This document shows, piece by piece, positions 8,156 through 14,773 of a DNA stretch of 31,442 nucleotides. The stretch's first letter is position 1, and each line of letters opens with the position of its first letter. The position numbers and the translations under genes are program-made. Source of the DNA: Deltaproteobacteria bacterium (GTDB lineage: Bacteria > Planctomycetota > Planctomycetia > Planctomycetales > Planctomycetaceae); assembly GCA_050257335.1 (NCBI GenBank), contig JBLMWR010000089.1:1-31442 (forward strand), given 5' to 3'. The notes beneath the pieces were generated by a model. That model did not search any database. It saw only the letters and a list, made by a program, of their open reading frames with translations, and was not told where the DNA came from.

Positions 8156-8183
8156 GTAGGACGACCTTCTCAGGTCGTCCTAC
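8156..8183. repeat. Perfect palindrome with GTAG/CTAC ends (REP-like)
   Basis: GTAGGACGACCT-TCTC-AGGTCGTCCTAC: 12-bp perfect arms starting with the GTAG tetranucleotide typical of REP sequences. Confidence 0.7.
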
Positions 8184-8209
8184 AGTGTCCAAGCCATGCC
8201 GTGCGCCCG

Positions 8210-8290
8210 AAATAAAAGAACCCTTCGAACGCCGGGGCCGTTTCGAAGGGTTCTCGCAGCCACATTGACCTGCCGCTGCTCAGGAGGCGG
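8210..8290 (-). ncRNA. Leader element A ending in an intrinsic terminator
   Basis: Hairpin AGAACCCTTCGAA...TTCGAAGGGTTCT (13-bp perfect, 8254-8217) followed by TTTATTT. The region 8274-8246 is 23/29 identical to element B (8043-8015). No clear promoter was found. Confidence 0.45.
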
Positions 8291-8486
8291 CCACAGGATG
8301 GGTTCAGTTCTGCAATCGGTTTTGTGAAGCGAGTGTTTCTCTCCTTCGCCGGTTGGCGTCCAAAACCGCGATCAGCCGGTTTCGCGGGTGCCAATCGTTC
8401 GGGCTGGCAATCTGGCGGGCGGATTCGACAGGAATCCGGCCCGGCTCGGCGGACTTCCCAAAGATTGCATCCCGCACGATCGCACC

Positions 8487-8497
8487 TGCAGATTGCA
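8487..8497. promoter_or_regulatory. TGCA-GAT-TGCA site upstream of the GGDEF promoter
   Basis: Third copy of the TGCA-N3-TGCA core, 37 nt upstream of the -35 at 8535. Confidence 0.45.
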
Positions 8498-8534
8498 AAG
8501 CGAGGATGACGAAAAAAGGCCTGGCGGATACCGT

Positions 8535-8564
8535 TTGACAGTGCTGCGTACCACGGCCCATAAT
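8535..8564 (+). promoter_or_regulatory. Sigma-70-type promoter TTGACA-N18-CATAAT
   Basis: Perfect -35 (8535-8540) and 5/6 -10 (8559-8564), just before leader C. Confidence 0.7.
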
Positions 8565-8570
8565 TCAAAT

Positions 8571-8658
8571 TGTGTGACGGCTCCTCGCGACCGGGCAGGC
8601 GCGGTCGGGCAGTGAAAGCCGCTCTGTGCGACGACCGCAGGGCGAGGCTTTTTTTATT
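8571..8658 (+). ncRNA. Riboswitch/attenuator-like leader C of the GGDEF gene
   Basis: CGGCT (8578-8582) can pair with AGCCG (8617-8621), competing with the terminator AAAGCC...GGCTTTTTTT (8615-8655). Internal hairpin CGACCG-GGCAGGCG-CGGTCG. The terminator ends about 25 nt before the ATG at 8682. Confidence 0.55.
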
Positions 8659-8681
8659 CCCCTGATTTCGACGGGGCTTCG

Positions 8682-9608
8682 ATGCCGCCAGACCTCCGCG
8701 AGCACGACGAGCGGGAACGATCTCTCCGCCTGATGGCGGCTATCGTCGACTCCTCCGGCGACGCCATCTTTAGCCAGAATTGGGACGGCGCGATCACGAG
8801 CTGGAACCACGGAGCCGAGCAGATGTTTGGCTATTCCTCCGCGCAGGCGCTCGGACAATCCGAAACGATCATTGTTCCGCCCGAGTATGAGAATGAGCTG
8901 TCGCAGATTCGCGGAAAAATCCGACGCGGCGAGCGGATCGAAAATTTCGAGGCGGTGCGGTGGACGAAGTTTGGGCGGCGCATTTGCGTGTCGATCAGCG
9001 TTTCGCCGGTCAGGAACGAGTCCGGCGTCCTCATCGGCGTGGCGAACATCGTCCGCGACATCACGGCACGCAAGGAGGCCGAGGCCCGGATTCTGCACCT
9101 GGCGTATTTCGACGCTCTCACCGAACTGCCGAACCGGACGCTGTTCCAGGACCGCCTGCAGCAGGCCGTGGCGCTCGCAAAACGGCAGAACCGCTTGCTG
9201 GCCGTGCATTTTCTGGATCTGGACCATTTCAAGAACGTCAACGATTCGCTGGGGCACTTGCAGGGGGATGCACTCCTGCGGGCGGTCGCCGAGCGCCTGC
9301 AGCGCTCGATCCGTGCCAGCGACACCGTGGCGCGGTTTTCCGGCGATGAGTTCGCCGTCCTGCAGACCGATCTCGCGCACGCGGAGGGTGCCGCCACGCT
9401 GGCGGGCAGGCTCCTGGCCGTGATTTCCGAGCCCTACCTGATCAACCAGCAGACAGTCCGCACGACGGCCAGCATCGGTATCGCGATCTACCCTCTTGAC
9501 GATGCGTCCGGAAGCCAATTGGTGCAGAACGCGGACAGGGCCATGTACCAGGCCAAGAAGAGCGGGCGGAATGATTTCTGGTTCTATGGCGAAGAAACGG
9601 AGACATAG
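8682..9608 (+). CDS. PAS-GGDEF diguanylate cyclase-type protein (308 aa)
   Basis: PAS (IVDSSGDAIFS...ITSWNHGAEQMFGYS...VSISVSPVRN...IVRDIT), then DALTELPNR, DLDHFKNVNDSLGH..GD, I-site RASD five residues before SGDEF, and ADRAMYQAK. No EAL domain. Confidence 0.93.
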   Translation: MPPDLREHDERERSLRLMAAIVDSSGDAIFSQNWDGAITSWNHGAEQMFGYSSAQALGQSETIIVPPEYENELSQIRGKIRRGERIENFEAVRWTKFGRRICVSISVSPVRNESGVLIGVANIVRDITARKEAEARILHLAYFDALTELPNRTLFQDRLQQAVALAKRQNRLLAVHFLDLDHFKNVNDSLGHLQGDALLRAVAERLQRSIRASDTVARFSGDEFAVLQTDLAHAEGAATLAGRLLAVISEPYLINQQTVRTTASIGIAIYPLDDASGSQLVQNADRAMYQAKKSGRNDFWFYGEETET

Positions 9609-9641
9609 CGCCTCCGCCTTCGAAAGGCACCCCGCGCCCGT

Positions 9642-9658
9642 TCGTGCAATTTGCACGA
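9642..9658. promoter_or_regulatory. Perfect palindrome TCGTGCA-ATT-TGCACGA upstream of the regulator operon
   Basis: Fourth and most symmetric copy of the TGCA-N3-TGCA motif, 129 nt upstream of the regulator ATG. Confidence 0.6.
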
Positions 9659-9727
9659 TCGCCGCAACCTCTGATCGGCCGGTCTCTAATTGTGAATGGT
9701 GCTGAAATCGTTCATGTCGGGGGAGTT

Positions 9728-9790
9728 ATGAAGGAATCGCGGCTCCGCAACGCCGCCGGCACGAAGAATGCGGTTTGGGGTCGTTCATGA
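9728..9790 (+). CDS. Possible 20-aa upstream ORF coupled to the regulator
   Basis: GGGGGAG SD, then [20 protein letters not shown]. Its TGA overlaps the regulator ATG (ATGA at 9787-9790). Confidence 0.3.
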   Translation: MKESRLRNAAGTKNAVWGRS

Positions 9791-11121
9791 ATATTCTCTT
9801 GATCGATGACGACCAGAGCCTGCGCAAGTCGATCCGCATGGCGCTGGAAACGATGAACCATCGCGTGACCGAGGCGAGCGATGGCGCGCAGGCGCAAGAA
9901 CTCCTGGGACATAGCTTGTTCGACGTCGCCTTTCTCGACGTTCGTCTCGGTCGCGAAAAGGGACTGGACCTGCTGCTGACGCTATTGCGGCTGGCCCCGG
10001 GGCTGGCGGTCGTGGTCATTACCGCGTATGCGACAATCGAGACGGCCGTCGAAGCGATGCGGCGCGGAGCGTTTGATTTTCTGCCGAAGCCGTTCACGCC
10101 GGACGAGCTTCGCCGCGTGCTGGAACGCGTCGTTCGCATCCGCCGGCTCGAGTCGCACGTGGAGGAACTGGAGGATCAGGTCCGCTCGATCGTCCCCGAG
10201 GCCGACCTGCAGACGGAAGAGCCGGCAATGCAGCACGCGGTGGAAATGGCCTTTCGGGCGGCCCCGACGGAAGCCACGATTCTGCTGCGCGGCGAAAGCG
10301 GGACCGGCAAGGGGGTGCTGGCGCGGGCCATTCATGCCCGCAGTCAGCGGGCCGCGGCGCCGTTCATTACGGTCAATTGCCCGAGCCTGTCGGCGGAGCT
10401 GCTGGAGAGCGAGCTCTTCGGGCACGTCCGCGGGGCCTTTACGGGGGCGGTTCAGGATACCGAGGGGAAAGTCGCGGCGGCCGAGGGAGGGACGCTGTTT
10501 CTCGACGAGATCGGCGATCTGCCGCTGGGCCTGCAGCCGAAACTGCTGCGGCTTCTGCAGGAGAAGCGGTATGAGCGGGTCGGAGAGACGCGGACGCGGG
10601 TGTGCGACGTGCGAATTCTGGCGGCCACGAATCGCGACCTGCGCACCGCGGTCGCCAAAGGGACGTTTCGCGAGGATTTGCTGTACCGCCTCAACGTGAT
10701 TGAAATCGAGCTGCCTCCCTTGCGACAGCGGCAGAAAGACATCCTGTTTCTGGCCGAACATCTGCTGCAGTTTTTCGCGAAGCAGGCGGGCAAACCGGGT
10801 TGCACGTTCACGCCGGAAGCCCGCGAGGCGCTGCTGAAACACCCTTGGCCGGGAAACGTGCGGGAACTGCGGAACGCCATTGAGCGGGGCGTCATCCTGG
10901 CTCCTGGCCTGGAGGTGGGGCTGTCGGATCTGCCGGCACAGATCGGCGCGTCGCTGCCTGCCGGCGTTATCGAGCTGGGCGGCGGCGTGACGCTCGAACA
11001 GCTCGAAGCCGAATACATCCGCCGCGTCCTGGCAAAGACGGCGACCATGGACGAGGCGGCCACGGTTCTGGGGATCGACCCGAGCACGCTGTACCGCAAG
11101 CGCAAACGGCACGGACTTTGA
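9787..11121 (+). CDS. Sigma-54-dependent response regulator (NtrC family, AlgB-like; 444 aa)
   Basis: Receiver ([22 protein letters not shown]), AAA+ ([51 protein letters not shown]) and Fis-type HTH ending [18 protein letters not shown], like Pseudomonas AlgB. Confidence 0.96.
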   Translation: MNILLIDDDQSLRKSIRMALETMNHRVTEASDGAQAQELLGHSLFDVAFLDVRLGREKGLDLLLTLLRLAPGLAVVVITAYATIETAVEAMRRGAFDFLPKPFTPDELRRVLERVVRIRRLESHVEELEDQVRSIVPEADLQTEEPAMQHAVEMAFRAAPTEATILLRGESGTGKGVLARAIHARSQRAAAPFITVNCPSLSAELLESELFGHVRGAFTGAVQDTEGKVAAAEGGTLFLDEIGDLPLGLQPKLLRLLQEKRYERVGETRTRVCDVRILAATNRDLRTAVAKGTFREDLLYRLNVIEIELPPLRQRQKDILFLAEHLLQFFAKQAGKPGCTFTPEAREALLKHPWPGNVRELRNAIERGVILAPGLEVGLSDLPAQIGASLPAGVIELGGGVTLEQLEAEYIRRVLAKTATMDEAATVLGIDPSTLYRKRKRHGL

Positions 11122-11126
11122 AACGG

Positions 11127-11178
11127 ACGAATGACGAAATCCGAATGTCCAAACAGATCCGAAGCCCGAATGACAAAG
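11127..11178. repeat. 7-nt-period degenerate repeat (NCGAATG / NCGAAAT)
   Basis: ACGAATG ACGAAAT CCGAATG TCCAAAC agat CCGAAGC CCGAATG; reverse-complement family of 5334-5387. Confidence 0.75.
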
Positions 11179-11229
11179 GAAACCTGTCTATTTCACCGCA
11201 ACCTTCCGCCACGACTAGAACAAAAGGAA

Positions 11230-11310
11230 ACCGCGGATGACGCTGATGAAGGCGGATGTGCGCGTTGACCCTGATCTTATTTATCCGTGCGTATCCGCGT
11301 CATCCGCGGT
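11230..11310. repeat. Imperfect palindrome built from 9-nt (NNCGCGGAT-like) units
   Basis: Left arm ACCGCGGATGACGCTGATGAAGGCGGAT (11230-11257) versus the reverse complement of the right arm ACCGCGGATGACGCGGATACGCACGGAT (11283-11310): 22/28 identical. Confidence 0.85.
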
Positions 11311-11358
11311 GCCTCTCTTTTAATTTCTCCAAACTGACATTCCTGAATCAGTCCACCG

Positions 11359-13266
11359 ATGACCCTGACGCTGCGGCAACGCATCTTCCTGACACTGGTT
11401 CCCCTGCTGCTGCTGCTGGCGGTGGTGGGGAGCGCGGGGGTGGCGCTGCTGCTGCGGCTGGGGAACAGCATCAACGAGATCTTGCGCGAGAACTACGCCA
11501 GCGTCATCGCGATGGAGCGGCTCAACGAGTCACTGGAACGGATTGACTCGTCGTTCCAGATTGCAATGAGCGGAAGAGATGACAGGGAGCTGCTGGAGAA
11601 GGCCCGCACGCAGTATGAGCAAAACTGGAAGGAGTACCTCGAGGAGTTTGAGAAGGAGCAGAACAACATTACGCTCCCCGGGGAGGGAGACCTCGTCGGT
11701 CAGCTCGAGTCGCTGACGCAGGAATACCGGTCGCTCGGGGACGCCTTTTTCGCCAGCGCCGGGAAGGAAGCCGAGCAGCGGAAAGCCTATTACGGGCATC
11801 CCTCCGGCCTGTTGGAGACCTTCGGGCGGATTAAAGAGGTTACTGGAAAGATCCTGCGGATCAATCAGCAAAACATGGAGGACGCCGGCCGGCGCGCACG
11901 GCAGCTCGCGCTCGATTCGCTGACGTGGTTCGGCGCCGGCCTGGCGTTGGCCATCCTCCTGGCTGGAATTTCGGCCTGGCACACGGTCCGCACGATCCTG
12001 CAGCCAATCGGGGCAATGACTCTGGCGGCCCAGGAAATCAGCGCGGGAAATCCCGATCAGGTCGTGCCGTTCGTCGGACGCGACGAGCTGGGGCAGCTTG
12101 CGCAGGCCTTCAACACCATGGCGCATCACCTGCGCGAGTACCGGCAGTCGCAATCGGCCCAGCTCTTGCGCGCCCAGCAGACGATCCAGGCGACGATCGA
12201 TTCTTTTCCCGACCCGGTGCTGGTGATCGACCTGGAAGGGTCCGTGGAGATGGCCAACCCCGCCGCGCGGCGGCTGCTCGGGGTGGTTCCGAAGCAAAAG
12301 GGGCAGGCGGCGTCGGGGATCTGGCACCCGCTGGATTCGCTTCGCCAACCCCTGACCGAAGCCCTGCAGGGACAGCGCGACTTCCTGCCGGAAGGCTTCG
12401 ACCGGGCGATTCTGGTCGGTTCCAACGGGCGAGAACGGGCGATGCTCCCGCGGATCCTCACGATTCGCGATCCGCACGGATATACGCTGGGGGCCGCCGT
12501 GGTGCTGCAGGACGTCACTCGCCTGCGGCTGCTCGACCAGGTCAAAAGCAATCTCGTGGCGACCGCCAGTCACGAACTGAAAACGCCGCTGACCAGCATC
12601 CGCCTGGCGGTGCACCTGCTCCTTGAAGAAACGGTGGGGCCCCTCACCCCCAAGCAGATGGAGCTCCTGCTGGATGCCCGGGAAAACAGCGAGCGGCTCT
12701 TGGCTATGGTCAATAACCTGCTTGATCTGGCGCGCCTCGAAAAGGGATCGCGGCAGCTCGATGTGCGCGCGGAATCCGCCGAGTCGCTGCTGCAGTCGGC
12801 GGCCGACGCCGTTCGCCCGCGTGCGGACGACAAGGGAATCGAGATCGTGGTCGAGGTTCTGCCGGGGCTGCCGCCGGTTGCGGTTGACGCCTCACGGCTG
12901 GGCCACGCCCTGCGAAACTTGCTGGATAATGCCCTCACGTACACTGACCGGGGAGGCCGGATTACGCTGTCGGCCAGTGCCGATGCTGAGGCGGTCATCC
13001 TGTCTGTCGCCGACACGGGGATCGGCATTCCGGCCGAGCACGTTACGCATGTCTTCGAAAAGTTCTTCCGAGTGCCGGGACAAAGCCGCGGAACAGGAAC
13101 CGGACTGGGACTGGCCATCGTGAACGAAATCGTCGCCGCCCATGGCGGAACAATCACCTGCGAGAGCCGGCCGGGCGCGGGCACGGTATTCCGGATGCGG
13201 CTGCCGCTGTCGGAGGGAAGCCTCGACGCGGGATACGCGTTCGGTCACTTGGAGACACAACGATGA
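11359..13266 (+). CDS. Membrane sensor histidine kinase (KinB-like: 2 TM, helical periplasmic domain, HAMP, PAS, HisKA, HATPase; 635 aa)
   Basis: TM1 IFLTLVPLLLLLAVVGSAGVALLL, TM2 TWFGAGLALAILLAGISAW, HAMP (RDELGQLAQAFNTM), PAS (IDSFPDPVLVID...ANPAARRLLG), H-box ASHELKTPLTSI, and NLLDNA, DTGIGI, GTGLGLAI. Confidence 0.95.
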   Translation: MTLTLRQRIFLTLVPLLLLLAVVGSAGVALLLRLGNSINEILRENYASVIAMERLNESLERIDSSFQIAMSGRDDRELLEKARTQYEQNWKEYLEEFEKEQNNITLPGEGDLVGQLESLTQEYRSLGDAFFASAGKEAEQRKAYYGHPSGLLETFGRIKEVTGKILRINQQNMEDAGRRARQLALDSLTWFGAGLALAILLAGISAWHTVRTILQPIGAMTLAAQEISAGNPDQVVPFVGRDELGQLAQAFNTMAHHLREYRQSQSAQLLRAQQTIQATIDSFPDPVLVIDLEGSVEMANPAARRLLGVVPKQKGQAASGIWHPLDSLRQPLTEALQGQRDFLPEGFDRAILVGSNGRERAMLPRILTIRDPHGYTLGAAVVLQDVTRLRLLDQVKSNLVATASHELKTPLTSIRLAVHLLLEETVGPLTPKQMELLLDARENSERLLAMVNNLLDLARLEKGSRQLDVRAESAESLLQSAADAVRPRADDKGIEIVVEVLPGLPPVAVDASRLGHALRNLLDNALTYTDRGGRITLSASADAEAVILSVADTGIGIPAEHVTHVFEKFFRVPGQSRGTGTGLGLAIVNEIVAAHGGTITCESRPGAGTVFRMRLPLSEGSLDAGYAFGHLETQR

Positions 13267-13343
13267 TTCATGCCCGCCATTCATATCCGAGGGCGACGCT
13301 GCCAGCGTCGCCCACGAATGTCCTCGTGCGGAGTTGACCAGCC

Positions 13344-14474
13344 GTGGCCACTGACGACACCCGGCCGGCGCCCGAGCATTTCCTGACGCTGATCCGCCAG
13401 CAGCAGCGGGGGCGGCTCAAGATTTATCTGGGTTTTGCCGCCGGCGTCGGCAAGACGTATGAGATGCTGCAGGAAGGACATCGTCTGAAACGGCGCGGCG
13501 TGGACGTCGTCATCGGCCTCGTGGAGACGCACGGGCGGGCTGAAACGATCGCGCAGATCGGCGACCTCGAGCAGGTCCCGCGCCGCAAAATCGAATTTCA
13601 CGGCGTGACGCTCGAGGAGATGGACCTCGACGCCATCCTCGCGCGCCGCCCCAGCGTCGTTCTGGTCGACGAGCTGGCCCACACCAACGCCCCCGGGAGC
13701 CGGAACGCCAAACGCTATCAGGATGTCGACGAGCTGCTGCAGGCGGGGATCAACGTCATCAGCACGCTCAACATCCAGCACCTCGAGAGTCTGTACGACA
13801 TGGTCGAACGGGCCATCGGCGTGAAGGTGAAGGAACGCGTCCCCGACTACGTTCTGGGGATGGCCGACCAGTTGGTGAACGTGGACGTGTCGGCCGAGGA
13901 CTTGCGCGAGCGGCTGCAGGCGGGCAAGGTCTATCCGGCGGAGCGGATCGACACGGCCCTGCAGAATTTCTTCACGCAGGTCAACCTCACCCGCCTGCGG
14001 GAGCTGGCCCTGGAAGAAATCGCCCACCGGCTCGACCGGCGGCGGACGAAACACGATGCTGACGAGAACCAGGGGGGCTCCGAACGCGTCATGGTCTGCC
14101 TCAGCTCGCGGAGCCCTCATGCCGAGCAGTTGCTCCGCAAGGGAGCGCGACTCGCGGATCGACTCGGCGCCCCGTGGTACGCCGTCTACATCCAGACTCC
14201 TGACGAGGAGCTTGACCGCATCGACGCGGCGACCCAGCGGCGGATCACCAATACGCTGACCCTGACCCAGCAGATGGGGGGAACCCCCATGACCTTCAAG
14301 GGAAGCGACGTGGTGAGCACGGTGGCGGCGTTCGCCAACGAGTACGGGATCACGCATATCGTGATGGGCCGCACGCAGCGCCCCTGGTACCGGCGCCTGT
14401 TCAGCCAGTCGGTCCTCGACGGCCTGCTGCAAGCAGTCCCGCACGTGGACGTGATCGTCGTCGGCGCCCGCTGA
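13344..14474 (+). CDS. kdpD: Stand-alone KdpD N-terminal sensor + Usp domain protein (truncated KdpD, 376 aa)
   Basis: GRLKIYLGFAAGVGKTYEML, GLVETHGRAET, EEMDLDAILARRP..VLVDELAHTN, KRYQDV, STLNIQHLESL, then a Usp domain. No TM helices or kinase core. GTG start with GGAG SD. Confidence 0.93.
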   Translation: MATDDTRPAPEHFLTLIRQQQRGRLKIYLGFAAGVGKTYEMLQEGHRLKRRGVDVVIGLVETHGRAETIAQIGDLEQVPRRKIEFHGVTLEEMDLDAILARRPSVVLVDELAHTNAPGSRNAKRYQDVDELLQAGINVISTLNIQHLESLYDMVERAIGVKVKERVPDYVLGMADQLVNVDVSAEDLRERLQAGKVYPAERIDTALQNFFTQVNLTRLRELALEEIAHRLDRRRTKHDADENQGGSERVMVCLSSRSPHAEQLLRKGARLADRLGAPWYAVYIQTPDEELDRIDAATQRRITNTLTLTQQMGGTPMTFKGSDVVSTVAAFANEYGITHIVMGRTQRPWYRRLFSQSVLDGLLQAVPHVDVIVVGAR

Positions 14475-14621
14475 GGTAGATCAGCCTTTCCAGGCTGACA
14501 GCGATGCGGTGTCGATCGGCCAAGTCGAAAAGCAGGCCGCCACGCTTGCATGACGTGCGAAACGGTCAGCGAGCCGAATCGTTATTTTGGATCTCAGTTT
14601 TGTTCCGCCTCTCAACACAAC

Positions 14622-14710
14622 AGCCCGGAAGGGGCGAGATTCAATAGCCCGGGGCGCGAGCCCTGGGTATCGTCGGCAAACCCGAGGGAAGCCCCAACGG
14701 GGCGAGATTC
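14622..14710. repeat. REP-like three-hairpin element between convergent genes
   Basis: Direct repeats AGCCCGGAAGGGGCGAGATTC (14622-14642) and AGCCCCAACGGGGCGAGATTC (14690-14710), 18/21 identical, flanking the hairpin CCCGGGGC-GCGA-GCCCTGGG (14648-14667). Confidence 0.7.
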
Positions 14711-14773
14711 GGAAACCGCGTCAATGGCATCCGACGCGGGGAATCTCGCCCGGGAAGCCCATCCTGCGACACG

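Noticed and set aside
8156-8183. Guanidine-II (mini-ykkC) riboswitch, suggested by GGACGACC
   Set aside because: ACGA is in the stem, not in two ACGR loops; a REP-like palindrome fits better.
7640-8680. c-di-AMP (ydaO) riboswitch, expected upstream of some kdp operons
   Set aside because: I could not find its conserved segments by eye; an Rfam search is needed to exclude it fully.
8565-13184. Minus-strand ORFs 8565..9656, 9982..11112 and 11530..12615
   Set aside because: Antisense shadows of the GGDEF, regulator and kinase genes.
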